Shown here: piece after piece, positions 27,200-36,653 of the stretch
How positions within the stretch are numbered: position 1 is the first letter of the stretch
Layout: each line of letters starts with the position of its first letter
Origin: Candidatus Falkowbacteria bacterium HGW-Falkowbacteria-1
GTDB taxonomy: Bacteria; Patescibacteriota; Patescibacteriia; Patescibacteriales; UBA12465
NCBI GenBank assembly: GCA_002840305.1
Contig: PHAI01000002.1
Span: forward strand, 202,707 to 266,706
DNA: 64,000 nucleotides
Direction: 5' to 3'
Position numbers and translations under genes: made by a program
The notes under the pieces: generated by a model
The model's database searches: none
What the model saw: the letters and a program-made list of their open reading frames with translations, nothing else
What the model was told of the DNA's origin: nothing

Positions 27200-27895
27200 T
27201 TATTTTTTTAAAAAAAGCTTTCTCTGCTTCTCTGGCATTTTTTCAATGGCATATCTTAACATGGTTCTTGGCATCTCATCTTTATTCTTAATTAAAAAGC
27301 TTTCTAATCTTTTTATATCTTTTTTTCCAGCCTCTCTCAGCATCCAACCAACAGCTTTATGAATCAAATCATGTTTATCGTGTAAAAGATTTTTGGCCAA
27401 TCTAAAAATATCATTTAAGTCACCACTCTTAATAAAGAACAGAGTGGCCACAACTGCCGCCCTCCTTTCCCACAAATTTTTAGACTTAGCCATTTTGTAC
27501 AGAAGATCTCTTTTCTTCCCAAACAAATAATCGCCCAATATATTTGGCGCGCTAACGTCAACTAGATCCCAATTGTTTATATTTTTAATATTTTTGATAT
27601 AAAAATCAAAAAAAACCTTCTTATTTCTTTGCTCTGATTTTTTATATTGATCCACTAGAATAAGAATTGCCGAAAATCTAAACTCATGAATTTTCGAATC
27701 TAGCAATAACTGTAAATCATTCGGTTCTAATCCAAAATATTTTTTGATTAAATTTCTTTGGCTACCTACAGAGATTCCCAAAAAAATATCACCCTCTCCG
27801 TATTCTCCTTCGGCTGTTTTAAAATAACGAGATAATAAAATAGCCTTCTTTTTGTCGGCTAATTTTATTAGATCATCCTGAATTTTATTCGCCAT
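27200..27895 (-). CDS. DNA alkylation repair protein (AlkC/AlkD-like HEAT-repeat glycosylase family)
   Basis: LSRYFKTAEGEYGEGDIFLGI, WERRAAVVATLFFIK and HKAVGWMLREAGKKD. I placed the start at the ATG (MANKIQ...). The ORF-track TTG start at 27949 is less likely. Confidence 0.75.
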   Translation of the reverse strand: MANKIQDDLIKLADKKKAILLSRYFKTAEGEYGEGDIFLGISVGSQRNLIKKYFGLEPNDLQLLLDSKIHEFRFSAILILVDQYKKSEQRNKKVFFDFYIKNIKNINNWDLVDVSAPNILGDYLFGKKRDLLYKMAKSKNLWERRAAVVATLFFIKSGDLNDIFRLAKNLLHDKHDLIHKAVGWMLREAGKKDIKRLESFLIKNKDEMPRTMLRYAIEKMPEKQRKLFLKK

Positions 27896-27997
27896 ACTAA
27901 TAATACAAAGAGTGGAATAAATTTTGAATAATAAAATAAGAACCAGCAATCAAAACTAACATGATGACTGTCGAAGAAAAATCTTTCATACTATCAA

Positions 27998-29578
27998 TTA
28001 TTTGTACTCAATATTTATTTTATCTATTAAGAGAGGTGATCTTTTAATAATTTTTGGATAGAATATTAAATCGTAGGACTTTATTTCATTTATATTATCC
28101 AAATAAGCTTCTATTTGACTTTGATTTAAGTTACTAAGATGTTTTTTATTTATAAAGTCAGTTGATGCAGCCATTGTTCTGGCAGAAAAATTAGCTTTAA
28201 TTTCCGCTAAATTCTTAGCTGGATTAAAATTTACTAACTCATAAGAAAGCGAATCGGCACTAATTTCTGGGGCGTCTTGGTTGTTCTCTAATGACAACTT
28301 CTGCTTAGCTAAACGAACAACGTCATCGGTGTCAAAACTTATAATGTTTACAATATTTTTGATACTCAGCTTAAAACTGTCCACCTCATCTCCTATCTCA
28401 TTGTCATAACTAACAACTACTGCGTCTTCATCCATCTCAACAACATACTGTCGACCAGAATCTATGGCAGAGGAAGCCTTGGCGCTGGCCTGTGCTATTA
28501 ACTTTTGATTCAAATTTTCTATAGCATTATCTATATCGCTTTCCATTATATATTTTTTACTATCTTTCCTATATTCAAATTTTTGATAGCTTTCGGCATA
28601 AATTTTGTCCTGAATACCAGACCAAAGACCTGGAATGATAAATTTATCTGGATCAATGGCCATTTCTTCGGAAACGGAATCAGCATAAACATCAACTTCG
28701 ATTGAGCCTCCGGCCGGAACATTAACAGTATCTTTTATCCTAAATAATTTATCACCAGAACTAAGAAGTCGAGTAGTAGCCACTAATGGTTGGTTCTTTG
28801 AGTAATTATTTATTATTTTAACCTTACCCACCACCTCGCCACCAGAATTTTTTTCTCCGCTACTTTGAAAAACACCACTTTCTTCAATCTCAATCTTGCT
28901 AACGGATGATTTAATTGCTCTATCTAAATTAATTTGGTCTCCATCAACATAAGCATAAAAGTTTAGACTACTGCTAACATCATTTTTCTCAGGATAAATA
29001 ACCAAGGTTAGCTTAACGAAAGAAAAATAAGAAACTACCACCAAAAGAATGACTGTTAAAAATAAAAAGCGATAAACTATTTTTTTATAAAAATTTACAG
29101 ATCTTCCCTTAACATCGTCATGAGCAACTTTTGTTTCAATCTCGTTATTGCTTGCTAACTCCTCATCATCCACATACTCACTTTTCTCATCTTTATCTTC
29201 ATTATAAAGATTTTTATCTTCCTCGCTGGCGCTCACCTCTTCTCTTCTGTTTATTTCCTCCTTAACGGCCATAGCCTTATTAATGTTGAAGTCTTTGTCT
29301 TTTATTTTTTCAGCCATCAAGCGAAAAAATTCTTTTCTAGAATCAAGACTTTCTATGGTTGGCCTAGGAGTACTAGTTTGTCCTCCAATAATAGGGCTAC
29401 TTGCAGCAACAAATTCAGGTTTATTCTCCACGAAAACGGTCGAAGCTTTTTTCCCCTCAATATCAGAATCAAAAGCAGAGGGGAATCTCTTTTTTTCCTC
29501 TAACGGAATCTCATCCTTCGGCTCTTTGCTTCTTGGTTTTTTACTTATTGGTTTTATAGGAGGGTTTGTAAGTGGCAT
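27998..29578 (-). CDS. Hypothetical membrane-anchored protein (526 aa): disordered N-terminus, one TM, large extracytoplasmic region
   Basis: Long ORF with a TM around FLFLTVILLVVVSYFSFV. No confident motif. Confidence 0.6.
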   Translation of the reverse strand: MPLTNPPIKPISKKPRSKEPKDEIPLEEKKRFPSAFDSDIEGKKASTVFVENKPEFVAASSPIIGGQTSTPRPTIESLDSRKEFFRLMAEKIKDKDFNINKAMAVKEEINRREEVSASEEDKNLYNEDKDEKSEYVDDEELASNNEIETKVAHDDVKGRSVNFYKKIVYRFLFLTVILLVVVSYFSFVKLTLVIYPEKNDVSSSLNFYAYVDGDQINLDRAIKSSVSKIEIEESGVFQSSGEKNSGGEVVGKVKIINNYSKNQPLVATTRLLSSGDKLFRIKDTVNVPAGGSIEVDVYADSVSEEMAIDPDKFIIPGLWSGIQDKIYAESYQKFEYRKDSKKYIMESDIDNAIENLNQKLIAQASAKASSAIDSGRQYVVEMDEDAVVVSYDNEIGDEVDSFKLSIKNIVNIISFDTDDVVRLAKQKLSLENNQDAPEISADSLSYELVNFNPAKNLAEIKANFSARTMAASTDFINKKHLSNLNQSQIEAYLDNINEIKSYDLIFYPKIIKRSPLLIDKINIEYK

Positions 29579-29641
29579 AATAAAAAAATTAATTATAAAA
29601 AGGAAATATAATCTACATAAATAATAACATTTTTTAATAAA

Positions 29642-32600
29642 TTAAACAACATCTAAAATATTAGAAAAGTTTTGCCTTAAATCATCTTTAACACTCGAAG
29701 AACTGTCAACTAAAATATCTAACTTGATTATTTTTTCCCCTTCGTATATCTTGGCTTTGATGAAGACAGAATCTTTACCAGGATATAGAACCAAAATACT
29801 TTTTATATTACCCATTTCCTCAACCGACAAACCACCCTTTAAAATTAAACTAAGAGATTTATTCTCAACTGATGCGACCTTAACTCCAAGCCAAGAACCT
29901 TGATTGTTATAATTCTTGTTAAATTGTCTTCTGGGAGCAACTTTAAAGCTCTTAAACTCTTCTAAAATTTTATCTACATTGTCTACTTCTAAAATCGAAA
30001 CCTTGTTTAATAATAACTTTATTTCTCCATCTTTGTCAGAAACGGTAGCATTCATAATAACAGTTTTCCCCTCTATCCAAATATCAAGACATGTTTTCAA
30101 AACTTTCGGAAACACAAGAATTTCCGTAAACGCTATTCCATCCTCTATTTTCACAAACAACATATTTTCGTTGTTCTTTGTTATGATTTTTTTAATAGAA
30201 GAAATAACTCCAGCCGTAACAACATTCTCTTGCTTTCTTTGATTTAAATCAGATAAAAAAACTATGGAACCAGAGAGTTTGTTTTTAAAAGCACCAAAAG
30301 GATGCTCGGAAACATAGAGCCCCAAAAGCTCCTTTTCCCATTGTAATTTTGTTTGATCACTTATTTCTTGTTTTTTATCAAGTTTTGGAAAAGAAAAAAT
30401 TGAAGCTTGGGGAGAATCAAAAAACAAGCTAACTTGAGGACTATTTTTTAATTTTGATGATTCTTTATTGAAATTCAATAAAATATCAGAACTACCCAAG
30501 AGAATTTCCCTGCTATCAAACTGATCAAAAGCTCCACACTTTATTAAGCTTTCCAAAGATTTTTTATTAAGATCCTTATCAGTAACTCTTTGCAAAAAAT
30601 CAAAAATATCGTTAAACTTTCCGCTTCCTTTTCTTTCTTTTATTATTTCCTCAACTATATGGCTTCCAACATTTTTAATTGCATTCAATCCAAAACGAAT
30701 TATTTTCGATTGCTCTTTCTCGTCAACTGCTTTATTTTCTTTAGTCCCACTGGTCACAACAGTAAAAGAAGCAAAGGATTCATTTATATCCGGAGGCGCT
30801 ATTTCGATCCCCATTTTACGACACTCCTCTATCTCAATAGAAATACGATCAGTATCGTTTTGGTCGGCAGTGAGTAAAGAGGCCATAAACTCAGCCGGAT
30901 AATGAGCCTTCAAATAAGCGGTCTGATAAGCAATTAACGCATAACAAGCCGCGTGAGAACGATTAAATCCATACCCAGCGAAAGGCTCAATAAAAGCAAA
31001 TATTTTTTCGGCTAAATTTTTAGCTATTTTATTATTAACGCAACCATTCACAAATTTTTCTTTTTGTTCGGCTAACAATTCTGGTATTTTTTTACCCATA
31101 GCTTTTCTAAGCGTATCAGCTTCGCCTTTACTAAACCCGGCTAACTCGCGGGAAATTTGCATTACCTGCTCCTGATAAATTGCCACACCATAAGTTTTAC
31201 TTAAAATAGGCTCCAATTTGGAATGAATATAACTCATTTCTCTTCCATGTTTTCCTTTAATATAGTCAGGTATCCACTCCATAGGTCCTGGGCGATACAG
31301 GGCCACCATAGCAATAATGTCCTCGAATTCGCTCGGTCTCAAATCCTTTAAATATCTCTTCATTCCGCCCGATTCAAATTGAAATACTCCGGTTGTTTCG
31401 GCTTTTTTAAAAACAGTAAAAGTTTTTTTATCTTCCAAGGGGATTTTATCTATATTTATCTCAATATTTCTGGTATTTTTAATTATTTTTATAGCCGATT
31501 CAATAATGGTTAAATTCTTTAACCCCAAGAAATCCATTTTCAACAAACCTAAATCCTCAACCGGATGAAGGGAATATTGGGAAACAATGCTTTTATCAGA
31601 AGAAGACGCATACTGAAGCGGCACGTAGTTTGTCAAAGGCTCTTTGGTAATTAAAACACCGCAAGCATGAGTTGAGGCGTGACGAGAGACTCCCTCTAAT
31701 TTACGAGCATAATCTAATATTCTTTTCGCTGCTGGTTCTTTCTTGTAAATATCTTTTAACTCTACAATATTTTCTAAGGCATCTTTTATCTTATAATTCA
31801 TTGGAACCATTTTGGCCAACTTGTCACAATAATCATATGGCTCATCCAAAACTCTGCCTACATCTCTAATGGCAGCTCTAGCGGCCATAGTTCCAAAGGT
31901 TATAATTTGAGAAACGTTATCTTTGCCATATTTAGTCTCAACATAATGAATAACCTCATCTCTTCTGACGTCAGCAAAGTCCAAATCAATATCAGGCATT
32001 GATATTCTTTCTGGATTTAAAAATCTTTCAAATAAGAGATCATATTTTAACGGATCTAGATTGGTAATCCCGGTTAAATAACAAACTAAAGACCCAGCGG
32101 CGCTACCTCTGCCGGGACCAACAACTATTTTATTTTCCTTAGCCCAATTAACAAAATCAGCCACAATCAAAAAATAAGAGGGCCAACCCATATCACCTAT
32201 AACCTCTAGTTCATAATCCATCCTCTTTCTGTGCTCCACCAAGTCTTTTTCACTAAAATCTGGATAACGTTTCAATATTCCATCTTCACATATTTTTTTC
32301 AAATAAGATGACTGATTATAACCATCTGGCACCTCAAAGTGAGGCAAGTGAACTTCATCCAAGGAAATTTCCACATTGCACATTTCGGCTATTTTAACGG
32401 TATTAGACAAAGCTTCCGGTATTTCTTTAAAAGCTTCGGCCAATTCTTTAGGGTCACGACAGGAATAATCACCATGCCCCATCATTTTCATCCTGTCTTC
32501 GTCTTCTCTTTTCTTTTTATTTTGCAAACAAAGAAGAATGTCTTGTGCCTCATCATCACTCTTCTCTAAATAATGGATATCATTAGTAACAATAAGAGGA

Positions 32601-33196
32601 ACTCCCAACTCTTTAGAAAGCTGTACAAATTTTTTGTTCAGTTTACTTTGCCCTTCTAATTCAGGATGATCCATCATTTCTAAGTAAAAATTACCTTGAC
32701 CGAAGAGATTGTTATATTCCAAAATCCTTTCCTTGGCTCTATCAATTTTATCAGCCAAAATCAAAGATGGTATTTCCCCTCCCAAACAGGCAGTAGAGGC
32801 TATCAGCCCTTCATGATATTTCTGAAGTAACTCCCAATCAATACGAGGTTTATAATAAAAACCCTCTAAATGAGCCAGGGACACTAACTTTATTAAGTTC
32901 TGATAACCCTTATTATTTTTGGCCAACAAAAGAATATGATAATTCCTAGCATCCTCTCTCGTGTTTTTATCATGACGAGAATTAGGAGCTAGATATAATT
33001 CAACCCCAATAATTGGTTTAATTCCTGCCTTTTTGCATTTTTTATAAAATTCAATAGCGCCATACATAACACCATGATCAGTTATGGCTACGGCTGGACA
33101 CCCCTGCTCTTTAACCTTGGCAATAAAATCATCAATATTAGTAAGGCCGTCAAGCAAGGAATAATGTGTGTGATTATGAAGGTGGACAAAAGACAT
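29642..33196 (-). CDS. dnaE: DNA polymerase III alpha subunit
   Basis: PHP domain FVHLHNHTHYSLLDG. Polymerase core motifs PDIDLDF and GLLKMDFLGLKNLT. Length 1184 aa. Confidence 0.95.
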   Translation of the reverse strand: MSFVHLHNHTHYSLLDGLTNIDDFIAKVKEQGCPAVAITDHGVMYGAIEFYKKCKKAGIKPIIGVELYLAPNSRHDKNTREDARNYHILLLAKNNKGYQNLIKLVSLAHLEGFYYKPRIDWELLQKYHEGLIASTACLGGEIPSLILADKIDRAKERILEYNNLFGQGNFYLEMMDHPELEGQSKLNKKFVQLSKELGVPLIVTNDIHYLEKSDDEAQDILLCLQNKKKREDEDRMKMMGHGDYSCRDPKELAEAFKEIPEALSNTVKIAEMCNVEISLDEVHLPHFEVPDGYNQSSYLKKICEDGILKRYPDFSEKDLVEHRKRMDYELEVIGDMGWPSYFLIVADFVNWAKENKIVVGPGRGSAAGSLVCYLTGITNLDPLKYDLLFERFLNPERISMPDIDLDFADVRRDEVIHYVETKYGKDNVSQIITFGTMAARAAIRDVGRVLDEPYDYCDKLAKMVPMNYKIKDALENIVELKDIYKKEPAAKRILDYARKLEGVSRHASTHACGVLITKEPLTNYVPLQYASSSDKSIVSQYSLHPVEDLGLLKMDFLGLKNLTIIESAIKIIKNTRNIEINIDKIPLEDKKTFTVFKKAETTGVFQFESGGMKRYLKDLRPSEFEDIIAMVALYRPGPMEWIPDYIKGKHGREMSYIHSKLEPILSKTYGVAIYQEQVMQISRELAGFSKGEADTLRKAMGKKIPELLAEQKEKFVNGCVNNKIAKNLAEKIFAFIEPFAGYGFNRSHAACYALIAYQTAYLKAHYPAEFMASLLTADQNDTDRISIEIEECRKMGIEIAPPDINESFASFTVVTSGTKENKAVDEKEQSKIIRFGLNAIKNVGSHIVEEIIKERKGSGKFNDIFDFLQRVTDKDLNKKSLESLIKCGAFDQFDSREILLGSSDILLNFNKESSKLKNSPQVSLFFDSPQASIFSFPKLDKKQEISDQTKLQWEKELLGLYVSEHPFGAFKNKLSGSIVFLSDLNQRKQENVVTAGVISSIKKIITKNNENMLFVKIEDGIAFTEILVFPKVLKTCLDIWIEGKTVIMNATVSDKDGEIKLLLNKVSILEVDNVDKILEEFKSFKVAPRRQFNKNYNNQGSWLGVKVASVENKSLSLILKGGLSVEEMGNIKSILVLYPGKDSVFIKAKIYEGEKIIKLDILVDSSSSVKDDLRQNFSNILDVV

Positions 33197-33269
33197 CTTA
33201 AATAAATTAAATTATAATAAACAAATATCGTTTCTATTATATACAATTCTGGAGTTAAAAACAAATATA

Positions 33270-33314
33270 TTAAGATTATTAGGATTCTTGGGATTATTAA
33301 GATTTTTAGGATAT
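33270..33314. repeat. Five head-to-tail 9-mers (TTAAGATTA TTAGGATTC TTGGGATTA TTAAGATTT TTAGGATAT)
   Basis: Read directly from the sequence. Consensus is about TTARGATTW. The array sits in the parB-operon/dnaE intergenic region, a few nt upstream of a weak candidate dnaE promoter. Confidence 0.8.
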
Positions 33315-33327
33315 TGAACTATATTTT

Positions 33328-33357
33328 TTAAAAAAATCCGAGAACGATGTCTCGGAT
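33328..33357 (-). terminator. Rho-independent terminator after the parA-parB-small membrane protein unit
   Basis: The minus strand reads ATCCGAGA-catcgt-TCTCGGAT followed by TTTTTTT. Confidence 0.8.
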
Positions 33358-33373
33358 ATAAACAAATTGTTTC

Positions 33374-33577
33374 TTACTTCCCTTTTTCGGGAATGAAATC
33401 ACTTTCTTTTTGATATTTATTGGAATAAAAACCAATAAATAAGATTATAGAAAGGAAAAAAGATGAAATAATATTCGAAAAAATATTAACCAAGCTTTCT
33501 TCCTTGCCTATAAAGGACAAAACGAAAATAATTGAAAAAATAACGCCAAAAGTAACAAAAAAATTTCTCATTATCAA
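33374..33577 (-). CDS. Small membrane protein (67 aa, 2 TM)
   Basis: Hydrophobic ORF 22 nt downstream of parB and upstream of a terminator. Confidence 0.5.
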   Translation of the reverse strand: MIMRNFFVTFGVIFSIIFVLSFIGKEESLVNIFSNIISSFFLSIILFIGFYSNKYQKESDFIPEKGK

Positions 33578-33599
33578 ACATTTTTAGTTAAAAACTCAT

Positions 33600-34478
33600 T
33601 TATTTTATTTTTTTTACAAGTTCTCTCAAATCCTCCTCGGAATAAAAGAAAACTGTAACAGTTCCTCCTTTTTTATTTCTTCTTATTTCAACTTTAGTGT
33701 TGAAAATTTTTTGCAATCTATCTTGATAAACTGCATCTTGGCCACCATTTAAAATCTTTGTCTTTTTGGTGCCCCCAGAGTTTTTTATTAAATTATCAGT
33801 TTCTTTAACTGATAGGTTATTATATATTATTTTTTTAAAAACAGCTAGTTGTTTCACTTCGCTATCAAGGCCCAAAAGATATTTGGCATGAGCTTCGCTA
33901 ATTTGCCCTTTGGCCAAAGCATCTTTTATCTCTTCCGGCAAATTCAAAAATCTTAGAATGTTGGCGATTGAAGATCTCGCCTTGCTCAATTTCTTCGATA
34001 AATCCTCTTGAGTTAAATTAAATTCGTTAATCAATTGATTGTAGGCAACAGCTGATTCGATTGGATTCAAATTTTCTCTCTGTAAATTTTCAATCAAAGC
34101 TAGCTCTAATTTTTTTTGTTCACTGACCTGCCTGACAATAACGGGGACCTCTCTTAGATTTAATTCCAAGGCACTACGCAACCTTCTCTCTCCGGCAATT
34201 AACTCATATTTGTCATTCTTCCTGCTAACTACTAATGGCTGTATTATTCCGTACTCTTTAATAGAATTTATAAGATCGTTTAAGGCGATTGGCTCAAAGT
34301 TTTTTCTAGGCTGGTAAGGATTAGCTACGATCTCTTCTGGTCTAACCATAATTATCTGATTTTCGTTACTAATAGTCAAAGAATCGCCATCGTTTAATTT
34401 AAAATCAGAATAATTAGAAGCATTAACCTTTTTTGGAATTAAAGAGTCTAATCCTCGTCCTAAACCTTTTTTGAGCAT
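33600..34478 (-). CDS. parB: Chromosome partitioning protein ParB/Spo0J
   Basis: IQPLVVSRKNDKYELIAGERRLRSA (ParB box) plus an HTH region LTQEDLSKKLSKARSSIANILRFL. Confidence 0.93.
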   Translation of the reverse strand: MLKKGLGRGLDSLIPKKVNASNYSDFKLNDGDSLTISNENQIIMVRPEEIVANPYQPRKNFEPIALNDLINSIKEYGIIQPLVVSRKNDKYELIAGERRLRSALELNLREVPVIVRQVSEQKKLELALIENLQRENLNPIESAVAYNQLINEFNLTQEDLSKKLSKARSSIANILRFLNLPEEIKDALAKGQISEAHAKYLLGLDSEVKQLAVFKKIIYNNLSVKETDNLIKNSGGTKKTKILNGGQDAVYQDRLQKIFNTKVEIRRNKKGGTVTVFFYSEEDLRELVKKIK

Positions 34479-34529
34479 ATTTTTAGTTGTCCGCCGTAGC
34501 TTTTCTTAAATAGCAAAGGAGGATGTTTA

Positions 34530-35291
34530 TTAATTTAATTCTATAATTTCTTTCGCTAATCCTTCATAAGCTCTAGCCCCAACTGACTTTGGGTCATACT
34601 GCAAAATACTTTGTCCATAGCTAGGGGCCTCGGCCAAACGAACACTTCTGGGAATAATCGACTTGAACACTTTATTGGGAAAATATTTATATAGTTCATC
34701 CTTAACCAAAGACGATAATCTGTTCCTTTTATCAAACATGGTTATGGCGACACCCATTATCCCCAAAGATGGTTTCAAGTTATTTTGAATCAAAGATATG
34801 GTTTCAAGAAGTTGCCCCAAGCCTTCAAGAGCGTAGTATTCACTCTGAATTGGAATAATAACTTGATCAGAGGCTGTTAAGCTATTCACAGTCAAAAGAC
34901 CCAATGAAGGCGGCCCGTCGATTATAATATAATCAAATCTATCCTTAACACCCTCCAATGCTGAAGACAAGCGAAATTCTCTATTGTCTAAATTCACCAA
35001 TTCTACCGAGGCGCCAGAAAGAGCAATGGTCGCTGGAATAATATAATAATTTTCTTGTTTTGTTTTAATAACAGCATCAAACAAAGAACATTCTCCAATT
35101 AAAACATCATAAATGCCTTTTTCTACCTGTCTGTGATTTACGCCTAGACCGGAACTGGCATTAGCCTGAGGGTCGAGGTCAACTAGTAATACTTTTTTAC
35201 CGAAATAAGCCAAATAAGCACCTATATTAACAGAGGTCGTTGTTTTACCGACGCCTCCCTTTTGATTAACTATAGAAATTATTTTTCCCAT
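34530..35291 (-). CDS. parA: Chromosome partitioning ATPase ParA/Soj
   Basis: Deviant Walker A NQKGGVGKTTTSVN. Also DLDPQANAS and IIDGPPSLG. Confidence 0.93.
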   Translation of the reverse strand: MGKIISIVNQKGGVGKTTTSVNIGAYLAYFGKKVLLVDLDPQANASSGLGVNHRQVEKGIYDVLIGECSLFDAVIKTKQENYYIIPATIALSGASVELVNLDNREFRLSSALEGVKDRFDYIIIDGPPSLGLLTVNSLTASDQVIIPIQSEYYALEGLGQLLETISLIQNNLKPSLGIMGVAITMFDKRNRLSSLVKDELYKYFPNKVFKSIIPRSVRLAEAPSYGQSILQYDPKSVGARAYEGLAKEIIELN

Positions 35292-35335
35292 ATTGAAATA
35301 TATAACAGAGACCGAAGTGTTTTAGAATAAACTAA

Positions 35336-36625
35336 TTATAACTTATAATTCTGTTTTGAGCAAATGCTTTTTTGAGCGGCACTTTCGCCAGCTAGATAAC
35401 CAGTGCTCCAACAAACTTGTAAATTATAGCCCCCAGTAGGACCATCTATATTCAAAACCTCGCCAGCTATGAAAAGATTTTTGATCATCTTTGATCTCAT
35501 AGTTTTAGGGTCAACCTCATCTAATGCTACGCCACCAGCTGTTAACATAGCTCTATCATAGGAGGCCACTGACTCCACTTCCAACACAAAAGACTTAAGA
35601 AAACCAACAATAGCAACTCTTTCCTCTTTTTTTGTTTCAGATCCAGGTTTTTCAAAATCTATTTTATAATTCCTAATAATATACAAAATTAATTTAGGAG
35701 GGATAATTTCCGATAATAAATTTTTGAATATTTTTTTGGGGGAAGTTAATATTATGCTTTTAATTTTTTCATCTAGAATTTGAAAACTAAATTCTGGGAA
35801 GAAATCAATTTCTAAAAAAACACTCTTATTATTTTTTAAAAGAAGCAATGAAACCTTAGAGCTAATATCAAAAATGGCCGGCCCACTTAAACCGTTGGAA
35901 GTAAAAATAGCATCGCCAATAATGCTTATTATCTCCTTCCCCTTTTTATTGCAGTCAGAATACAAAGAAAACTTTACATTTTTCAGGCTCAAACCCTCAA
36001 GATCTTTTATCTTTTTATCTTTTACGAAGACTGGGCTCAGAGCGGGACGAAGATCACTTATTTTATGACCCATGTTTTTTAAGAAAGAATAACCTTCTCC
36101 GCTTGATCCAGTCATGGGATAGGATAATCCTCCCGTACAAACAATAAAATTATCGGCCAATATCTTTTCTCCGCCTTTAAGCAAAACAAAGTTCAATTTT
36201 TCTTTTTCAAAAACAAAATCAGAAACTTCCGTGCTTGTCATTATTTTCACTTTCGACTTTAATAAACAAGAAAGAAGAACGTCTCTGACGTCGAGAGAGC
36301 TATCAGACAGAGGAAAAACTTTTCCTCCATCTTCCACCTTGGTTTTAAGTCCTTTAGAATTAAAGAATTCAACAATATCATTTGGGCCAAACTTGTACCA
36401 AGCTGAATATAAAAATTTACCTTCTGGCCCGAATTTTTCTGGTAGAACCTTAATATTATTTATTAGATTGCTAAAGTTACACCTTCCTCCACCAGCGAGC
36501 AAAAGCTTCAAGCCTAATTCCTGTTTTTTTTCCAATAAAATAACTTTAGCTCCCAACTTTGCAGCTGAAATTGCGGCAATCATTCCAGAAGGGCCTCCCC
36601 CAATAACGGCTACATTATAACGCAT
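35336..36625 (-). CDS. HI0933/BaiN-family FAD-dependent flavoprotein
   Basis: MRYNVAVIGGGPSGMIAAISAAKLGAKVILLEK...GGGRCNFSN. I placed the start at the ATG at 36625. The longer ORF-track N-terminus is the antisense of the neighbouring poly-Gly repeat. Confidence 0.82.
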   Translation of the reverse strand: MRYNVAVIGGGPSGMIAAISAAKLGAKVILLEKKQELGLKLLLAGGGRCNFSNLINNIKVLPEKFGPEGKFLYSAWYKFGPNDIVEFFNSKGLKTKVEDGGKVFPLSDSSLDVRDVLLSCLLKSKVKIMTSTEVSDFVFEKEKLNFVLLKGGEKILADNFIVCTGGLSYPMTGSSGEGYSFLKNMGHKISDLRPALSPVFVKDKKIKDLEGLSLKNVKFSLYSDCNKKGKEIISIIGDAIFTSNGLSGPAIFDISSKVSLLLLKNNKSVFLEIDFFPEFSFQILDEKIKSIILTSPKKIFKNLLSEIIPPKLILYIIRNYKIDFEKPGSETKKEERVAIVGFLKSFVLEVESVASYDRAMLTAGGVALDEVDPKTMRSKMIKNLFIAGEVLNIDGPTGGYNLQVCWSTGYLAGESAAQKSICSKQNYKL

Positions 36626-36653
36626 AATTTTTATATAATTATAATAAGATATT

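Noticed and set aside
29283-29624. Antisense 'shadow' ORFs in the track of about 60-130 aa. Examples are 29283..29624, 36231..36620, 47535..47891, 25700..26002, 38061..38363 and 29916..30242.
   Set aside because: Each lies wholly inside a longer, motif-supported or better-supported ORF on the other strand. Their composition is low-complexity (Ser/Leu/Phe/Ile-rich), typical of antisense frames in AT-rich DNA.
33270-33314. Tandem 9-mer array considered as a CRISPR or mini-CRISPR.
   Set aside because: The units are only 9 bp, directly abutting, with no spacers. No cas genes are present. No CRISPR array was seen anywhere in the window.
33600-35291. Search for a parS site (TGTTNCACGTGAAACA) in or near parAB.
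   Set aside because: Only half-site-like strings were seen by eye, for example TTGTTTCACTTCG inside parB near 33850 and TGTTTCACGAAAA near 51005 in the prs-like gene. No 16-bp palindrome was found. A computational scan is still needed.
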